A stretch of 40,522 nt of DNA from Folioceros fuciformis (lineage: Eukaryota). How positions within the stretch are numbered: position 1 is the stretch's first letter; every line of letters begins with the position of its first letter. The notes beneath the pieces are model-generated. The model searched no databases and had not been told where the DNA came from. It saw only the letters and a list, made by a program, of their open reading frames with translations. Positions 23,108-34,700 of the stretch are shown piece after piece. The position numbers and the translations under genes were made by a program. The stretch covers positions 260,451-300,972 of the forward strand of contig JBNGIO010006231.1 in the NCBI GenBank assembly GCA_049999805.1, written 5' to 3'.

Positions 23108-23830
23108 CGGGCGACACGTCCGACACCGGTGCAGGAGAGGATGCCAGAGGCACGACGCCGGCAAGAGGCGGCGCAGGCGGAGTCGATCCATCACCATGGG
23201 CACCAGGCGGAGCGCCTGAAGCTGGGCCGAGTCCGAGTCCGAGTCCGAGTCCGCGTCCACGTCCAGCAGCATGAGTGCACGTACTGCTCCACCACGGGGT
23301 TCTGGAATCCCTCGTAGTCTCGTTCACCAGGTACCCGGCGCCGTACGCCATGAGCTTGCCGCGGTGCAGCTCCAGCCCCCGCACATGGTGCGACGAGTGG
23401 CGTAGGGGATGTCGGCGGTGACTGTGCCGTGGCGCTCGCTGGCGAAGGCGCGGAGGAGGGCGCGGGGTTCAGGTGGTACATGATGCCCTTGGATGACGCC
23501 ACGTCCGGGTTGGCGATGGAGTCGGTGACAGAGGTTTCCAGGTTGAGCAGGCAGGCGGAGGTGCGGGGGCGGGGAGATGTGCAGGTTGAGGTAGTCGCCC
23601 CACAGGTACGGCCCGTCTTCGTTCAGCTGGTGGATGGTGGAGAGCGGCAGGTCCGTGGCCGGGTCGCTTGGGTGCAGACTGATGTCAAGGTATTGCCATG
23701 CCGGCATGGAATCCTTGACTGCCTCCTCACCAGGCGTGCGGTGGAAGGCCGACAGCTGCACGGCGCGGCCCAGCATGGTGGCGCCTCCCATGAGAAGCAT
23801 TCGGATGCTTCTCCCCGACGCCATTCCCAT
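23108..23830 (-). pseudogene. capA-like: Frameshifted, internally deleted CapA/PGA_cap-family (metallophosphatase-like) gene
   Basis: Joined across frames: MLLMGGATMLGRAV..YLWGDYL..PHLRL/LNLETSVT..KGIMYHLNP / HSSHHVRGLELHRGKLMAYGAGYLVN/DYEGF / LMLLDVD..LQALRLVPMVMDRLRLRR. These match CapA motifs GDxMLGR, YIWGD, NLET, GHSSHH and YGxGDxxNDYEG. Intronless and GC-rich. Confidence 0.8.
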
Positions 23831-24029
23831 CCCAAATCACGATTCTCGCCATGATGGATGAGCTCGCCTTCGCAAACGCCATTCCTTCGGGGAGGATGCG
23901 GACACGGATCGCCTGTCTGGCGACGGCGCTGTTAGACATATCAGGATCCAGTGTAGTGCAAGTGGAGGACGCAGCTTGCTATTTCCTACCTACACGCCTT
24001 TCGCTGCTACTGTCCGTGTCGCGGATTGT

Positions 24030-24256
24030 CTCTTAGTGAACTGAACCAACTCCTCACAAACAGCTCACTTACTGAAGAGAACGAACAGCTCAATTTCTGA
24101 AGACAACATACAGCTCATTTACTGAAGAGAATACACAACTCACTTAGTGAAGACAACACACACCTGGCTCACTTACTGAAGAGAATAAACACCTGGCTCC
24201 CTCATTTAAGAGAATGGACACATACTGTGGCTCATCGCTTAGTGAAGAGAACAAAC
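24030..24256. repeat. Minisatellite, ~25-30 bp unit, about 7 copies
   Basis: Units such as cagctcacttactgaagagaacgaa, cagctcaatttctgaagacaacata and cagctcatttactgaagagaataca; they degenerate toward 24256. Confidence 0.85.
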
Positions 24257-25266
24257 GGATCACGTAACTGAGCTCATCATAGAAGCTCTCACTACGGCAT
24301 CATGACTGGACGTCTTACTTGACTAGACCCCGTCTAGCAAGGCGGAAGCATGATCCGTCACGGCAGCCACGTGTATAGGTGGGGAAGGATAGTATTTAAG
24401 TGAAGGCCACGTAGAAGGATCGACGACGATCAAGGTTGGGCGGCCAGACAAAATACAAGAGGTGAGTTCTTCCACAATTTGGAGTGCAGGTACCGTCTTA
24501 CATACATAGGTACAACGCCTCTCCGACACCTAGATCTCTGAGACCACCTACGCCCATCAATAAAAAAAAAAGGAAAAAAAAGGGTAATCTAGACAACCAC
24601 ATGGGTTGCGGTCACCGCTAATCCCTCTTCTCCCCGTCCTCCCCCCAACTTGGATGGCATCAATAGCTACCTCGGGAGCAATTACATCCAGAAACCAGGT
24701 CATGCGACTGACAAAGAATCAGGCCAAGAATCAGGCCAAGAATGCCCCCACAACCTGGAACTCAAGCAAACACTGACTTTGGCACAATATCGTGCTGCCC
24801 TCGTCGGCCCCTTCATCATCCAGCAACCTATCTGCCACAACATGAAGACTATAAGCTAACATGTACAGGTGCAACAAGTCAGAACCCATCACGTCCCACA
24901 CCACATGCACACTCATGCACCTTTCTCCAAATCCAGCAAATAAGCACGTCCCAAAACTGCCACACTTTCTCATCACTTTCTCTTAACATTCCTCTAGACT
25001 CAGATACAACAACATTCAGTTAAACTGCACAACCCAAAAAACAAAAAATTTCAACATAAACCAAATTTTTGCCCACACGAGACCTCAAGCCTCCAATGTC
25101 ATTCAACAAAGCAACTCGAACTATGTGCCGACCACCTATTCGAACAAGCGGCTGCTCCCTACACATTGCTAGTAGAAATGTGAGCATCTCCTGGCCGTTT
25201 CCGAGACAGAAGTTCCATCCAATAATGGAACAGCTAACTTAGCAGTCAAGATCCTAGGTTATCACC

Positions 25267-26834
25267 TCAAGAGCAGCATCCGCTTTTCTGGGCAAGCGGC
25301 TGAGATTTCATTTGCACAGTGTTTGGCTTGCTGCTATTGAGAGCTGGTTGGGAAGCCATCCTACACAAACAACAGGATGCACCGATCACATTTCTGTCTG
25401 AATAGCAAAGCACCACCACACCAAGCTCTTAGAAGACGGAAATCAAACCTGTTCTTAATTTCAGCTGCCATGGTCATGAAAGCCTGCTCCACATTAGTTG
25501 CATTCTTGGCACTGGTCTCAAGGAACGGAATGCCAATTTCATCAGCAAACGCCTGCATTGAAAGAGAAAAAGGTCAGAACACGTCACANNNNNNNNNNNN
25601 NNNNNNNNNNNNNNNNNNNNNNNNNNNNNNNNNNNNNNNNNNNNNNNNNNNNNNNNNNNNNNNNNNNNNNNNNNNNNNNNNNNNNNNNTTATTAAAGCTT
25701 TCCTGGTCTGTGACATCGTACACGACCTGCAGTTCCCATCATAAAAATTCAGCTCCACAATCCAGAACTGCGACAGCAGGCCTCCAGCAGATAAAGCATG
25801 GGTAGAAGGAATGATAGTCACGATGATTCCATGAGCTCCACGGTAGTAACTGCTGGTAATGGTCCTGAACCGCTCTTGCCCTGCGGTATCCCACTAAGGT
25901 AGCAGCACAAAACCGGACACCCACATAACTCAGAATACATTGAAAAGGACAACGCAAGCCGCATTCAGATGACCATTGATAAAAGTTCCTGTGAAAGAAT
26001 GAAATCAGGCTGCTACGTACGATTTGCAGTTTGATAGTCTTCCCATCGAGCTCAACTGTGCGAATTTTCTGCATCATACACACACGTGTCCAAAGTTATT
26101 GACCTAAGTTGCATATGCGGGAAGAGGCCCTCAGAGTGCTAACATCCATCCACGCTCGCCCTGCACCAAAACTTACGAAATCAACACCGATGGTACTGAT
26201 GTAGCTATCCAGATAGGAGTCGTCCTGCACAACAGGAGAGGCCCTGAGTAAGAAACAAGTGATCCATGTCTTCCTTGTCGACAAGGAGAAAAAAACGCCA
26301 CCTTCCCCTGATGCGGTCATGCGAGCTTCCCGTGTTTCCAATATAGTCAGCCCGTTACCATCTGTCAACTACGTAGCACCTATAACCTAAACCGGCAACA
26401 ACTAGACCTCCTCCCCCGCCAGTTCCCGGGCACATGTCCGACGCATCGAGCCACAACTTACAGCAAAACGAAGCAAAAGACATGACTTCCCCACTCCCGA
26501 GTCCCCAATCAGCAGCAGCTTGAAGAGGTAGTCACTGCACAGAGCCAGAACGGCGTAAGCACAAGGGGGAAAAAGACATGGCATCACGCGCAGGCCACTC
26601 CAAGCAGGTCCGACCAGCGCATGCGCTCAGACGGCAGCGATCTTAGATTGCAGCCGAGAAATTCCCCAGACTGCTTCTAATTTCACATTAACAAGAGCGG
26701 CAGGGCAGATCATCCGCAACCCTACCCCCGGCCATGACAGCCGAGGCAAAACAAACGGCGATCTCGGCAACCACGCGGAAAGCGAGGCCACAGAGCCATG
26801 TCTGGAGCAGCAACACTCACTATTCGGGATTCAT
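25267..26834 (-). CDS. RABD2: Rab GTPase, RabD/Rab1 (YPT1) subclass
   Basis: [45 protein letters not shown] and C-terminal GCCS* prenylation motif. Exons 26834-26821, 26534-26462, 26224-26177, 26068-26021, 25893-25822, 25726-(gap), 25552-25449, 25360-25267. The NKxD region falls in the N gap. Confidence 0.96.
25589..25688. other. Assembly gap (100 N) inside RabD exon 6 / intron 6
   Basis: Run of N. Confidence 1.
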
Positions 26835-27109
26835 GCTCTCTGGCCTTGCAGACGCAGCCAAGGCCGCCCCGGATCTGATACCCCACAGCAAGCAAGCAAG
26901 ACGCCTGCCTATTCGTCCACCTTCCCCCGGTCTTGCACACGGTTCCTTCTTTCCTTGGCCTCCTTCTGCGAGCAAAAGAGAGCCGCTGCAAACGACAGCA
27001 GGCGGTGGTGCGCCTGTGTACTGCTGGACAGCGGTCGGCCGAGGGGAGGGCGGTCCGAGGAGAGAAAGGGTGAGCGATGAGCGCGACACAGCCCAGACGA
27101 GACCGCAAC

Positions 27110-27149
27110 GAGAGAGAGAGTAGGCTAATAGAGGTGAGAGAGAGAGAGA
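27110..27149. repeat. (GA)n/(CT)n tracts in the RabD leader or promoter
   Basis: Two short GA runs, which read CT-rich on the RabD sense strand, typical of plant 5' regions. Confidence 0.6.
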
Positions 27150-28112
27150 TGAGGGGTTGCTGCTCGCACACGATTTCTCATTACATCTGTAACCATGTTC
27201 CTCTTCTTGCTGCCCATCCGTCGCATTATTACCATCACAGATAAATATCGAACAGTAAAATTTTACTCGCGTCTTCCTTTCCCTCCTCCTTCGATTGCCG
27301 TAAGTAAGCCCACATTATGCCCCTTCCCAAGGGCGGTTTCCTCTTGTCACACCAACATTCCTGTGCACAGATCTCTCCGTCTCCCTTCCACAACAAGCTC
27401 TTCATCCTAACATCACCTTAACACGGTCCTTAATGCTCCTAGTTGCCACAAATCTTCACAAGAGGCAAAAGGAAGTCCTCTTCTGAAGAAGTCACAGCTG
27501 AAGAAGACAGAGTCTTGAGCTCATTCATTCCGATGGCTTGATTCATTTCATTGCACTTCAAAGGAGAGGTTGGGAAGGTTGGGTGGCCAACGCATCTGCG
27601 GTGTGTTTGGGTCCACGGACATTTCTAGGGGCTGATTCTACACAACTCTGGGAGTTTCGTGGTTTCTTCAGGCGAAGTGAGAGACAGGTAAGTTAAATTA
27701 GTATTGTTTGAATTCCGCGACAAGAAAACCAGTGACCGTTCTGGGAATGACTGCTATGCGACAGATCCGGTGGGCACGTTACGTCCCTGTCTGTTCTAGC
27801 ACGCGAGACACAGGTGTTCTCCAGGAGGCTTCGCTTCCCTTCGCTGCTCTTCACTTCATGGCGCTTTGGTGCACAGGGAGCAGCGGCCTTCTTCTAGAAA
27901 ACATGGACGTGAAAATGCCTTCCCGCGCAGCCGGAAGCATCGCCTCGCTCCTTCTCCCCATGTGCGTGTGCAGTCTAGTGTCGAGTCGTCTTCACGACTG
28001 GAACTCGGTAACAGCAATAGGGCAGCGGTCCACGTCGTGAAGAGTACATGCAGGATGTGTACCCGGAGCACGCGGGTTTTGCAACCACGATCTGGATGCT
28101 ATGGATTGGCAG

Positions 28113-31064
28113 CTACTGCACCACGAGGTGATGCGTCGCGCAGTTGTTGGTCCTGGTACATGATGCAGGGTGCGGTGGTGCGGTTACGGCACCCGAGTTC
28201 ACGATCGGGTGGGTGTTGTTTAGGTCAAGGGAGGAAGGAAGGGTACAGACTACAGAGGCTGGGTTTTGGATTGCCGTCAGCAGGGCTTGTAACCTTGCGT
28301 AGATTTGTGGAGTATCGGGATGTCGTCTATCAGCCACCGAGAAGACATGGGAAGTCCCGTCCTCGTCCGTCCACCAGCTGCGGCCTGGTTCTTTCCGTGC
28401 TCCCGCTTTCAGTCTCATGTCCTGGACCTGCCTTGCCTCGTCGGGCATGAGTGCAGCGGAGTAGATGTTGGCCATGAGGACATACGGGGCGGGGTCGAGC
28501 ATGTCCTGCCTCACTGCACCCTCGAATGCCTGTCTTCCCAGCTCCACGTTCCCCCATTTTTGGCACGCACCCAAGAGGCTTTTCCACACCTTGGTGTCCG
28601 GCTGGAAGGGCATGGAGTTCACCGTCGCCATGGCCTGCTCGATCTGGCCGGCGCGGCCCAGCAGGTCAACCATGCAGCTGTAGTGCTGGATTGTTGGGGT
28701 GATGCCATGCTGCTTGATCATGGCTGCGAAGTACTTCTGGCCCGTGCCCACCAGACCCACATGGCTGCATGCCGTGAGGACACCCAGGAAGGTGATGTCG
28801 TTGGGCTGCGTGCCCGCCTCCTGCATTCTGCTGAACAGCTGAAACACCGCCTCCTGCTGCCCTTGCCGGGCGTAGCCCAGAATGAGGGCGTTCCAGGCAA
28901 CGATTTCCCTCTTGGGGGTTGCGTCGAACACCTGCTGGGCGTCCACCATGGACGAACACTTGCTGTACATGTCGATCAGGCTGTTCGTCATGAAGGGGCT
29001 GGACTGCAGGCCTGCTTTCTGGATCTGGGAGTGGGTTTCCCTCCCTTTCGCCAGGCATGCCACTGTGCCACACGCGTTGAGGATGCCCACGTATGTTCGA
29101 TCGTTCGGGAGCACGCCTTGCTCTTGCATTTGCCTGTAGATTAGCAGTGCCTCTTCACCCTGATCCGTCTGAGCGTACCCGACGATCATGGCTGTCCAAG
29201 ACACCACATTCTTGGTGGGCATTCCATCGAACACCTGCCTGGCATCCTCCAGGCTCCCACATTTGGCGTATGCATCTACGAGCATGTTCCGCACAAACAT
29301 GTTGCACTCGGAGGTCTCGTTCAGAGCGTCCGAGTGGATGCCTCTCACGATTTCCAGGCACCGTTTCTTCGTAGCGACATCATCATCACCATATCGCTCC
29401 CCTGATTCTGCGATGCTGCTGCAGGCCTTCAATGCACCAACGTACGCTCTGTCGTCGGGGGCCACAGCTTCATGTCGCATTCGTCTGTATAATTGCAATG
29501 CCTCCTCGCCCTTGTCGTTCTCCACATACCCCAGCATCATAGCAGTCCAGGATGCAACGTCACGGTGGGGCATTGTTTCAAACACCTCCCTACCACTCTC
29601 CAAGCTCCCACATTTGGAATACGCATCCACCAGCATAGTACCTACAAAAACATCCAACCCAGACTTCCCAGCATCGGCATGAATGGTTTTCAGAATCTTC
29701 AAGCATCGGCTTTTCAAAAGTATTTTGTCACCGCCATCTGTCTCCCACAATTCCGCCAGAGCAGTGCAGGCTCTCAGTGCTCCAACATGTGTTCGGTCAT
29801 TAGGTACGACGCCTTGCTCTCTCATTCTTGTGTACAGCTGCAAAGCCTCTTCTCCCTTCTCCATCTGGGAGTACCCTAAGATCATGGTATTCCAGGACAC
29901 AACATCCCGACGAGGCATTTTATCAAACACCCGCCTTGCATCCTCCAAACTCCCACATTTTGCATATGCATCTACGAGCATGTTTCCCACAAACGCATCT
30001 GTCTCCAACTCCCTCGCACAAACGTCATGGTGGATGCCTCTCACCGTTTCCAAGCAATGTATCCTCACGTCCACTCCATCATTCCCATCCCTGTTCCCGC
30101 TTTCAGCAAGCGAACTGCAAGCCTTGAGCACACCAACATAAGCTCGGTCGTCGGGGACAACACCTTCGCGTTCCATTCTTCTGTACAGCCGCAAAGCCTC
30201 TTCACCCTGCTCCTTCTGGGCGTACCCCAGGATCATTGCAGTCCATGACACTACAGTGCGGACAGCCATTTTCTCGAACACCCCTCTGGCATCCTCCAGG
30301 CTCCCACACTTGGAATAAGCATCTACCAGCTTGTTCCCCACAAAGACATTGGACTCCAAATTCGCCTTCACAATGTCCGCGTGGATGCCTCTCACATTCT
30401 CCAGCCACTGTCTCCTAACACCTTTCCAATCGCTGCCTCGATCCTCCTCTGCTTCTGCAATGCACCCACAAGCCTTGAGTGCGCCAAGAAAGGTCCTCTC
30501 ATCACATACCACGCCCTCCTGCTGCATCCGTCCGTACAAACTCAAAGACTCTTCACCATTCCCCACCTGCGAGTAACCCAAAACCAGAGCATTCCATACA
30601 ACCACGTCCCGATGACGCATTTCCTCGAACACCCTCCTGGCATTCTCCAGGCTCCCACATCTCGTGTAGGCATTCACAAGCATGGTACCCACATACAAAT
30701 CCGTCTCCAACCCACTCCTGACCACGTCTGCGTGGACCTCTTTAGCACAACTCAACTCTTTCAAGCTACTGCATGCCTTCAGCAAAGCCACGAATGTGTG
30801 CGGGCCCGGTTCTACTCCATCCTTCCGCATTTCCTCATACATCTTCAGAGCCTGTCTACCCTGCCCAGACCTGGCCCGTTCCATTATCAGCCCAGTCCAG
30901 GCAGCCTGCCCCCGTTGAGGCCATCCCACCCCTGCAGCTACCACGGAGCCAGTACCGCTCTCATCCGTCAACCTGGTGCCACGATCATCAACATTCCCTG
31001 TCACCCAAGGTGGAATCCTCCTCACGTCAACAATCCGCAGCATGGTCTGCGCGCAGCATGACAT
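28113..31064 (-). CDS. PLS-class PPR protein with a WW-type PG-box and no deaminase core, 983 aa
   Basis: Intronless ORF from ATG at 31064. P-L-S triplets (WTAMILGYAQ / YVGVLKAC / LVDAYAKCGSLEDAR), E1/E2 (HYSCMVDLLGRAG..WKSLLGAC..YVLMANIY), then KEPGRSWWTDEDGTSHVFSVADRRHP and an unrelated tail. Confidence 0.92.
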   Translation of the reverse strand: MSCCAQTMLRIVDVRRIPPWVTGNVDDRGTRLTDESGTGSVVAAGVGWPQRGQAAWTGLIMERARSGQGRQALKMYEEMRKDGVEPGPHTFVALLKACSSLKELSCAKEVHADVVRSGLETDLYVGTMLVNAYTRCGSLENARRVFEEMRHRDVVVWNALVLGYSQVGNGEESLSLYGRMQQEGVVCDERTFLGALKACGCIAEAEEDRGSDWKGVRRQWLENVRGIHADIVKANLESNVFVGNKLVDAYSKCGSLEDARGVFEKMAVRTVVSWTAMILGYAQKEQGEEALRLYRRMEREGVVPDDRAYVGVLKACSSLAESGNRDGNDGVDVRIHCLETVRGIHHDVCARELETDAFVGNMLVDAYAKCGSLEDARRVFDKMPRRDVVSWNTMILGYSQMEKGEEALQLYTRMREQGVVPNDRTHVGALRACTALAELWETDGGDKILLKSRCLKILKTIHADAGKSGLDVFVGTMLVDAYSKCGSLESGREVFETMPHRDVASWTAMMLGYVENDKGEEALQLYRRMRHEAVAPDDRAYVGALKACSSIAESGERYGDDDVATKKRCLEIVRGIHSDALNETSECNMFVRNMLVDAYAKCGSLEDARQVFDGMPTKNVVSWTAMIVGYAQTDQGEEALLIYRQMQEQGVLPNDRTYVGILNACGTVACLAKGRETHSQIQKAGLQSSPFMTNSLIDMYSKCSSMVDAQQVFDATPKREIVAWNALILGYARQGQQEAVFQLFSRMQEAGTQPNDITFLGVLTACSHVGLVGTGQKYFAAMIKQHGITPTIQHYSCMVDLLGRAGQIEQAMATVNSMPFQPDTKVWKSLLGACQKWGNVELGRQAFEGAVRQDMLDPAPYVLMANIYSAALMPDEARQVQDMRLKAGARKEPGRSWWTDEDGTSHVFSVADRRHPDTPQIYARLQALLTAIQNPASVVCTLPSSLDLNNTHPIVNSGAVTAPPHPASCTRTNNCATHHLVVQ

Positions 31065-31742
31065 CCTGGTGCATCACCTCATGCAAATCTCCCGCCGTCC
31101 ATGGCACGTCCTGTTTTATCCTCATCGACGCCACCACCTTGACGGAAGGCCATGTTTGGCAAGTTCGAAACCCATCAGCCATGTCCATTAATTCACACAA
31201 GATGTTGGCATTATGGTCTCCTTTTTCAATGAAAATACGTACATGTGTAGCTATTTTACGATGAAATCCGCGACACCAGACTTGCACTCGCGACAGTCAT
31301 GCGACGTGGAATGCTGATGACGTAAAGCTGCGACCGTGCGCGGGATTGTTTGAAGCAAGGTTCGATCAGGCTGTGCGTCAGACAGTCCGATCGACCTTCA
31401 CCAGACGCTCCCTGCGAGGGTGGATCCTGCAGACTGGAGCTCCGGCCCTGTGCTCGGGCTGGCTACTACGACATGCGCGCGCTGCTGTTGGACGAGGGGG
31501 TTTCACACAGAGGCGGCCCTACTGGGAGCCTTCAGCCAGCTCCTCTGCGGACATGACAGGGCGCTCGCTGGAGAGCTAGTCCGGATTCGAGGTGGATGAG
31601 CGAGTTTGAGGATTTTGGATCCGTAGATTCAGCGTGCAGCAGGCAATTCGGCAATGTGCACCTGTGGATTGGTTTGGGGCCATCGCGGGCGATCTGAGTA
31701 GCAGCAGTAGGATATAGGGCGGGAGCTGGGTGTGTCTCCGAC

Positions 31743-34700
31743 ATGGCTGCCCAGGACAGTTCAGGGGGGAGCCTCATGGATCTCATGACCGCAGATGTGC
31801 CGAGTTCACCCAACCTTTTGTCACCGGGACTCCCGTCTCCCAGTGGCAAGGCAGCTAGGGGCAACAGGAAGTTGGGATTGGTTCCCGTGCCTGAAACATC
31901 TATAGCGCCTCTATCTCCTGTAGCATCCGGGTTCGGTGCTTTGAAACAAAAGAGAAAGGTAGCACGATTACCTTGCCTGTTTTGGCGTTCGGGAGGTGTT
32001 GTTTGCAATCAAGGCTGACTGTGTTGTGTGTGGTTCAGCCGGTGTCGTACGCTCAGCTTGCCAGGAGTCTTCACGAACTTGCGGCCAGTGCTGACCAGGT
32101 TTCTTTCCCGCCTCGTATGAGTATGGTTTTGGTTTATGGAAGTCTGTTTGCACGACCACTTTGACCGTTGGTGATGTCTGCAGAAGAGTTCGCAGAAACA
32201 ACTGGTGCATCAAGTCTTTCCGAAACTTGCTGTGTACAGCACAGTCGACCCATCTTTGGTTCCGTCTCTTTTGATGGTACTGCCCGTATTCGAAGATCTT
32301 GCTCTCGTATATCCGTCTATGTACCCTCCCTTGTCGTGTATCAAATTGACACATCCTCGTTTTTTCCCCGCCCATGTGCCCAGCTTCAGGAGCAAACTGA
32401 GGATACTCAGGTCCAGCGGTACTGTTATTACTATGTTGCGCGCATACTCGCTGAAAGTGGTGCTGACGGAGGAACTCCAGGCGGGGGAATACCGACTCCT
32501 AACTGGGATGCTCTTGCAGACCTCAACGTGGTTGGAGGTGTTACAAGAGCTGATGTTGTACCTCTCATTCTTTCAAAGCTTCGCACTGAAGCTCTCAATA
32601 CGGACAATGCACGTAAGCCATAGTGTTTTGAAGCCTTTCCTTCTTGGAGTTCATGTTCTCCATTCTCTGTTGAATGCCAGGATAGTAACAAAGCTATTGG
32701 CGTTGTAATCATATCATGTACTCTGACCCACTCGGAACTTCGGACTAGCTGCTCCTCCTAAAAGTTTTGGTTTGGGCATGCAGTTCATGCGCGGCGCATT
32801 GCTGCAGTGAAGGCCCTGAGCTATGCTCCCACAGATACAAATGATGTCCTGGACAGCCTATATGAGATCGTTTTTGGCATCCTGAGCAAGGTCTTGAAAC
32901 ACATGTTTGTGGATGCTGTGCCGTTCCCCTATCATAACATGGAAAATAACAAATCTCTTTGGATCCGTTGTCAATTCGCAGGTTGCAGATACTGGCAAGC
33001 TGAGAAAAAAGAAAGGCATGTTTGGCAGGCAGACTGTGGACAAAGAGGTGAGGATCATCGGTTGTTGTGTTTTTTCGTGGCTGGGAGTCTCTTCGGGGAG
33101 GTTTCTGCTTGTCAAAAGATGCATAAACATTAGGGAGTATAGTAAGGCTTGTCGTGTGGCCTTCCAGCAAGTATTGGTTACCTTGCTTGTTTGGTTGCAG
33201 TCAGCAATTCGCAGCAACTTACAATCTGCTGCTCTGAGTGCCTTGAGAAGGCTTCCTTTAGATTCGGGAAACCCAGCTTTTCTCCATCGCTCTGTCCAGG
33301 GGTACATGTCTTCCCTTCAATATGCAGTCAAGGAAGAGGAATTCCTTTGCAGTTGGTTGGGCCCCTCACATGAATGTTTTTGAAAACTTGCACTGAAAGT
33401 CTGTTTTTTTATTGGTATCAGGATTTCATGTGCTGATCCTGTGGGAATTAGACATGCCTTAGCAATGGTTTGCGACTTAGCGGTTCGAGACCCATATGCA
33501 GTTGCAATGGCAGTAGGTAATACATTTTCCAGCTTATTTCCATCGTGTAATTGTTTTCTTTAACTTGCATTTGCTTCTAACTATGTCATCTCTTGTTGTG
33601 ACTGGCAGCCAAACTGTCTCTCGCGGGAGGTATGTCACATGTTTTCTGTCAACTGCGCTGTCTTTAGCTAAGCTAAAGCGTGATTCCAAGATGAAGTTGC
33701 TGGCATGCTTTTGGCAAGACAACTAATATTCTTGTAATTCCTAGCAGGTTCTCTGCATGAGGTTCTGCATGTCCACGACGTGATGGCACGAGTTTATTTG
33801 ACACGTCTTTGCTACACTCTTGCAAGGGCATCTGTGCTTGATGGTATGGAATCCAGAGCCCGACTTTGTCAGTGTTGGTTTGTTCCACCAGCTAATAGCC
33901 GTTTCTAACCTACTAGAGATTATATGGATCTTAAGTCCTTTGGTATGAAGTTGAGGGATTCTCCTCTGAGAGAATGTCTCTTACCTGGTCTTAACCTGAC
34001 ACTGTTCGGGTTTTGCAGAACGGCCAGATTTGAAATCCCAGTTTTCTACAATCCTTTATCAGCTTCTTTTGGACCCAAGTGAGCGGGTTTGCTTTGAGGC
34101 TATCCACTGCATAGTTGGGAAGTTTGACAAAACTGAAAGGTAACGAGATTTTCTCTGTTCTGGACCTGCTTGTAGGCAACTGTGATGTTAACATGTACTG
34201 AATCAAAGCATATGTGTAGCCATTGTCTAGCTTTCATGGCAGTATTTTGATCCCAATTGGATGGTCTCACGAGTTTTTCTCGTTTCCAAATCTGCAGCCT
34301 TGAGGACAGAGCTGCAGGCTGGGTGCTCTTGACTACAGCAATGCTCAAGTTTCCAGATCTGTCTGCTATTTCTAAGGCTGTTCAACAGAAAGATGGGGGC
34401 ACTGGCAAGGATGGAGTGCCTCCAAAAGTCCCTAAGGACCGACCTACTCCACGGCCTCGCCGTCCTCAACGAGTGATCAAGGTGGTCATGAGGAGGTAAC
34501 TCCCTGAAGCTGATGCTGTGCTATGCCCACTGCATTCTACATTTCAGTTGTACTCCTTGGGTATTTGACGGTTTGGTTTAACAGGCTGGAGGCAGCTCTG
34601 CGAAGCCATTCAAGGCCATTGCTGCATGCTGCAGCACGAACTGTGCAGGAGCTAGGCAAGAGTCGGGCAGCTGCAGCTGCTATGGGGCATTATGGTATAG

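Noticed and set aside
24061-24256. CRISPR-like array
   Set aside because: Units abut with only a few variable bases, there are no unique spacers or cas genes, and the context is eukaryotic. It is a minisatellite.
25589-25688. RabD lacking the NKxD motif
   Set aside because: The missing part coincides with an assembly gap, not a deletion.
27856-28071. Frameshifted DYW remnant (..FLEEGRCSLC..)
   Set aside because: Only a faint echo of HxFxxGxCSC; no HSE(K/R)LA or CxxC in any frame examined.
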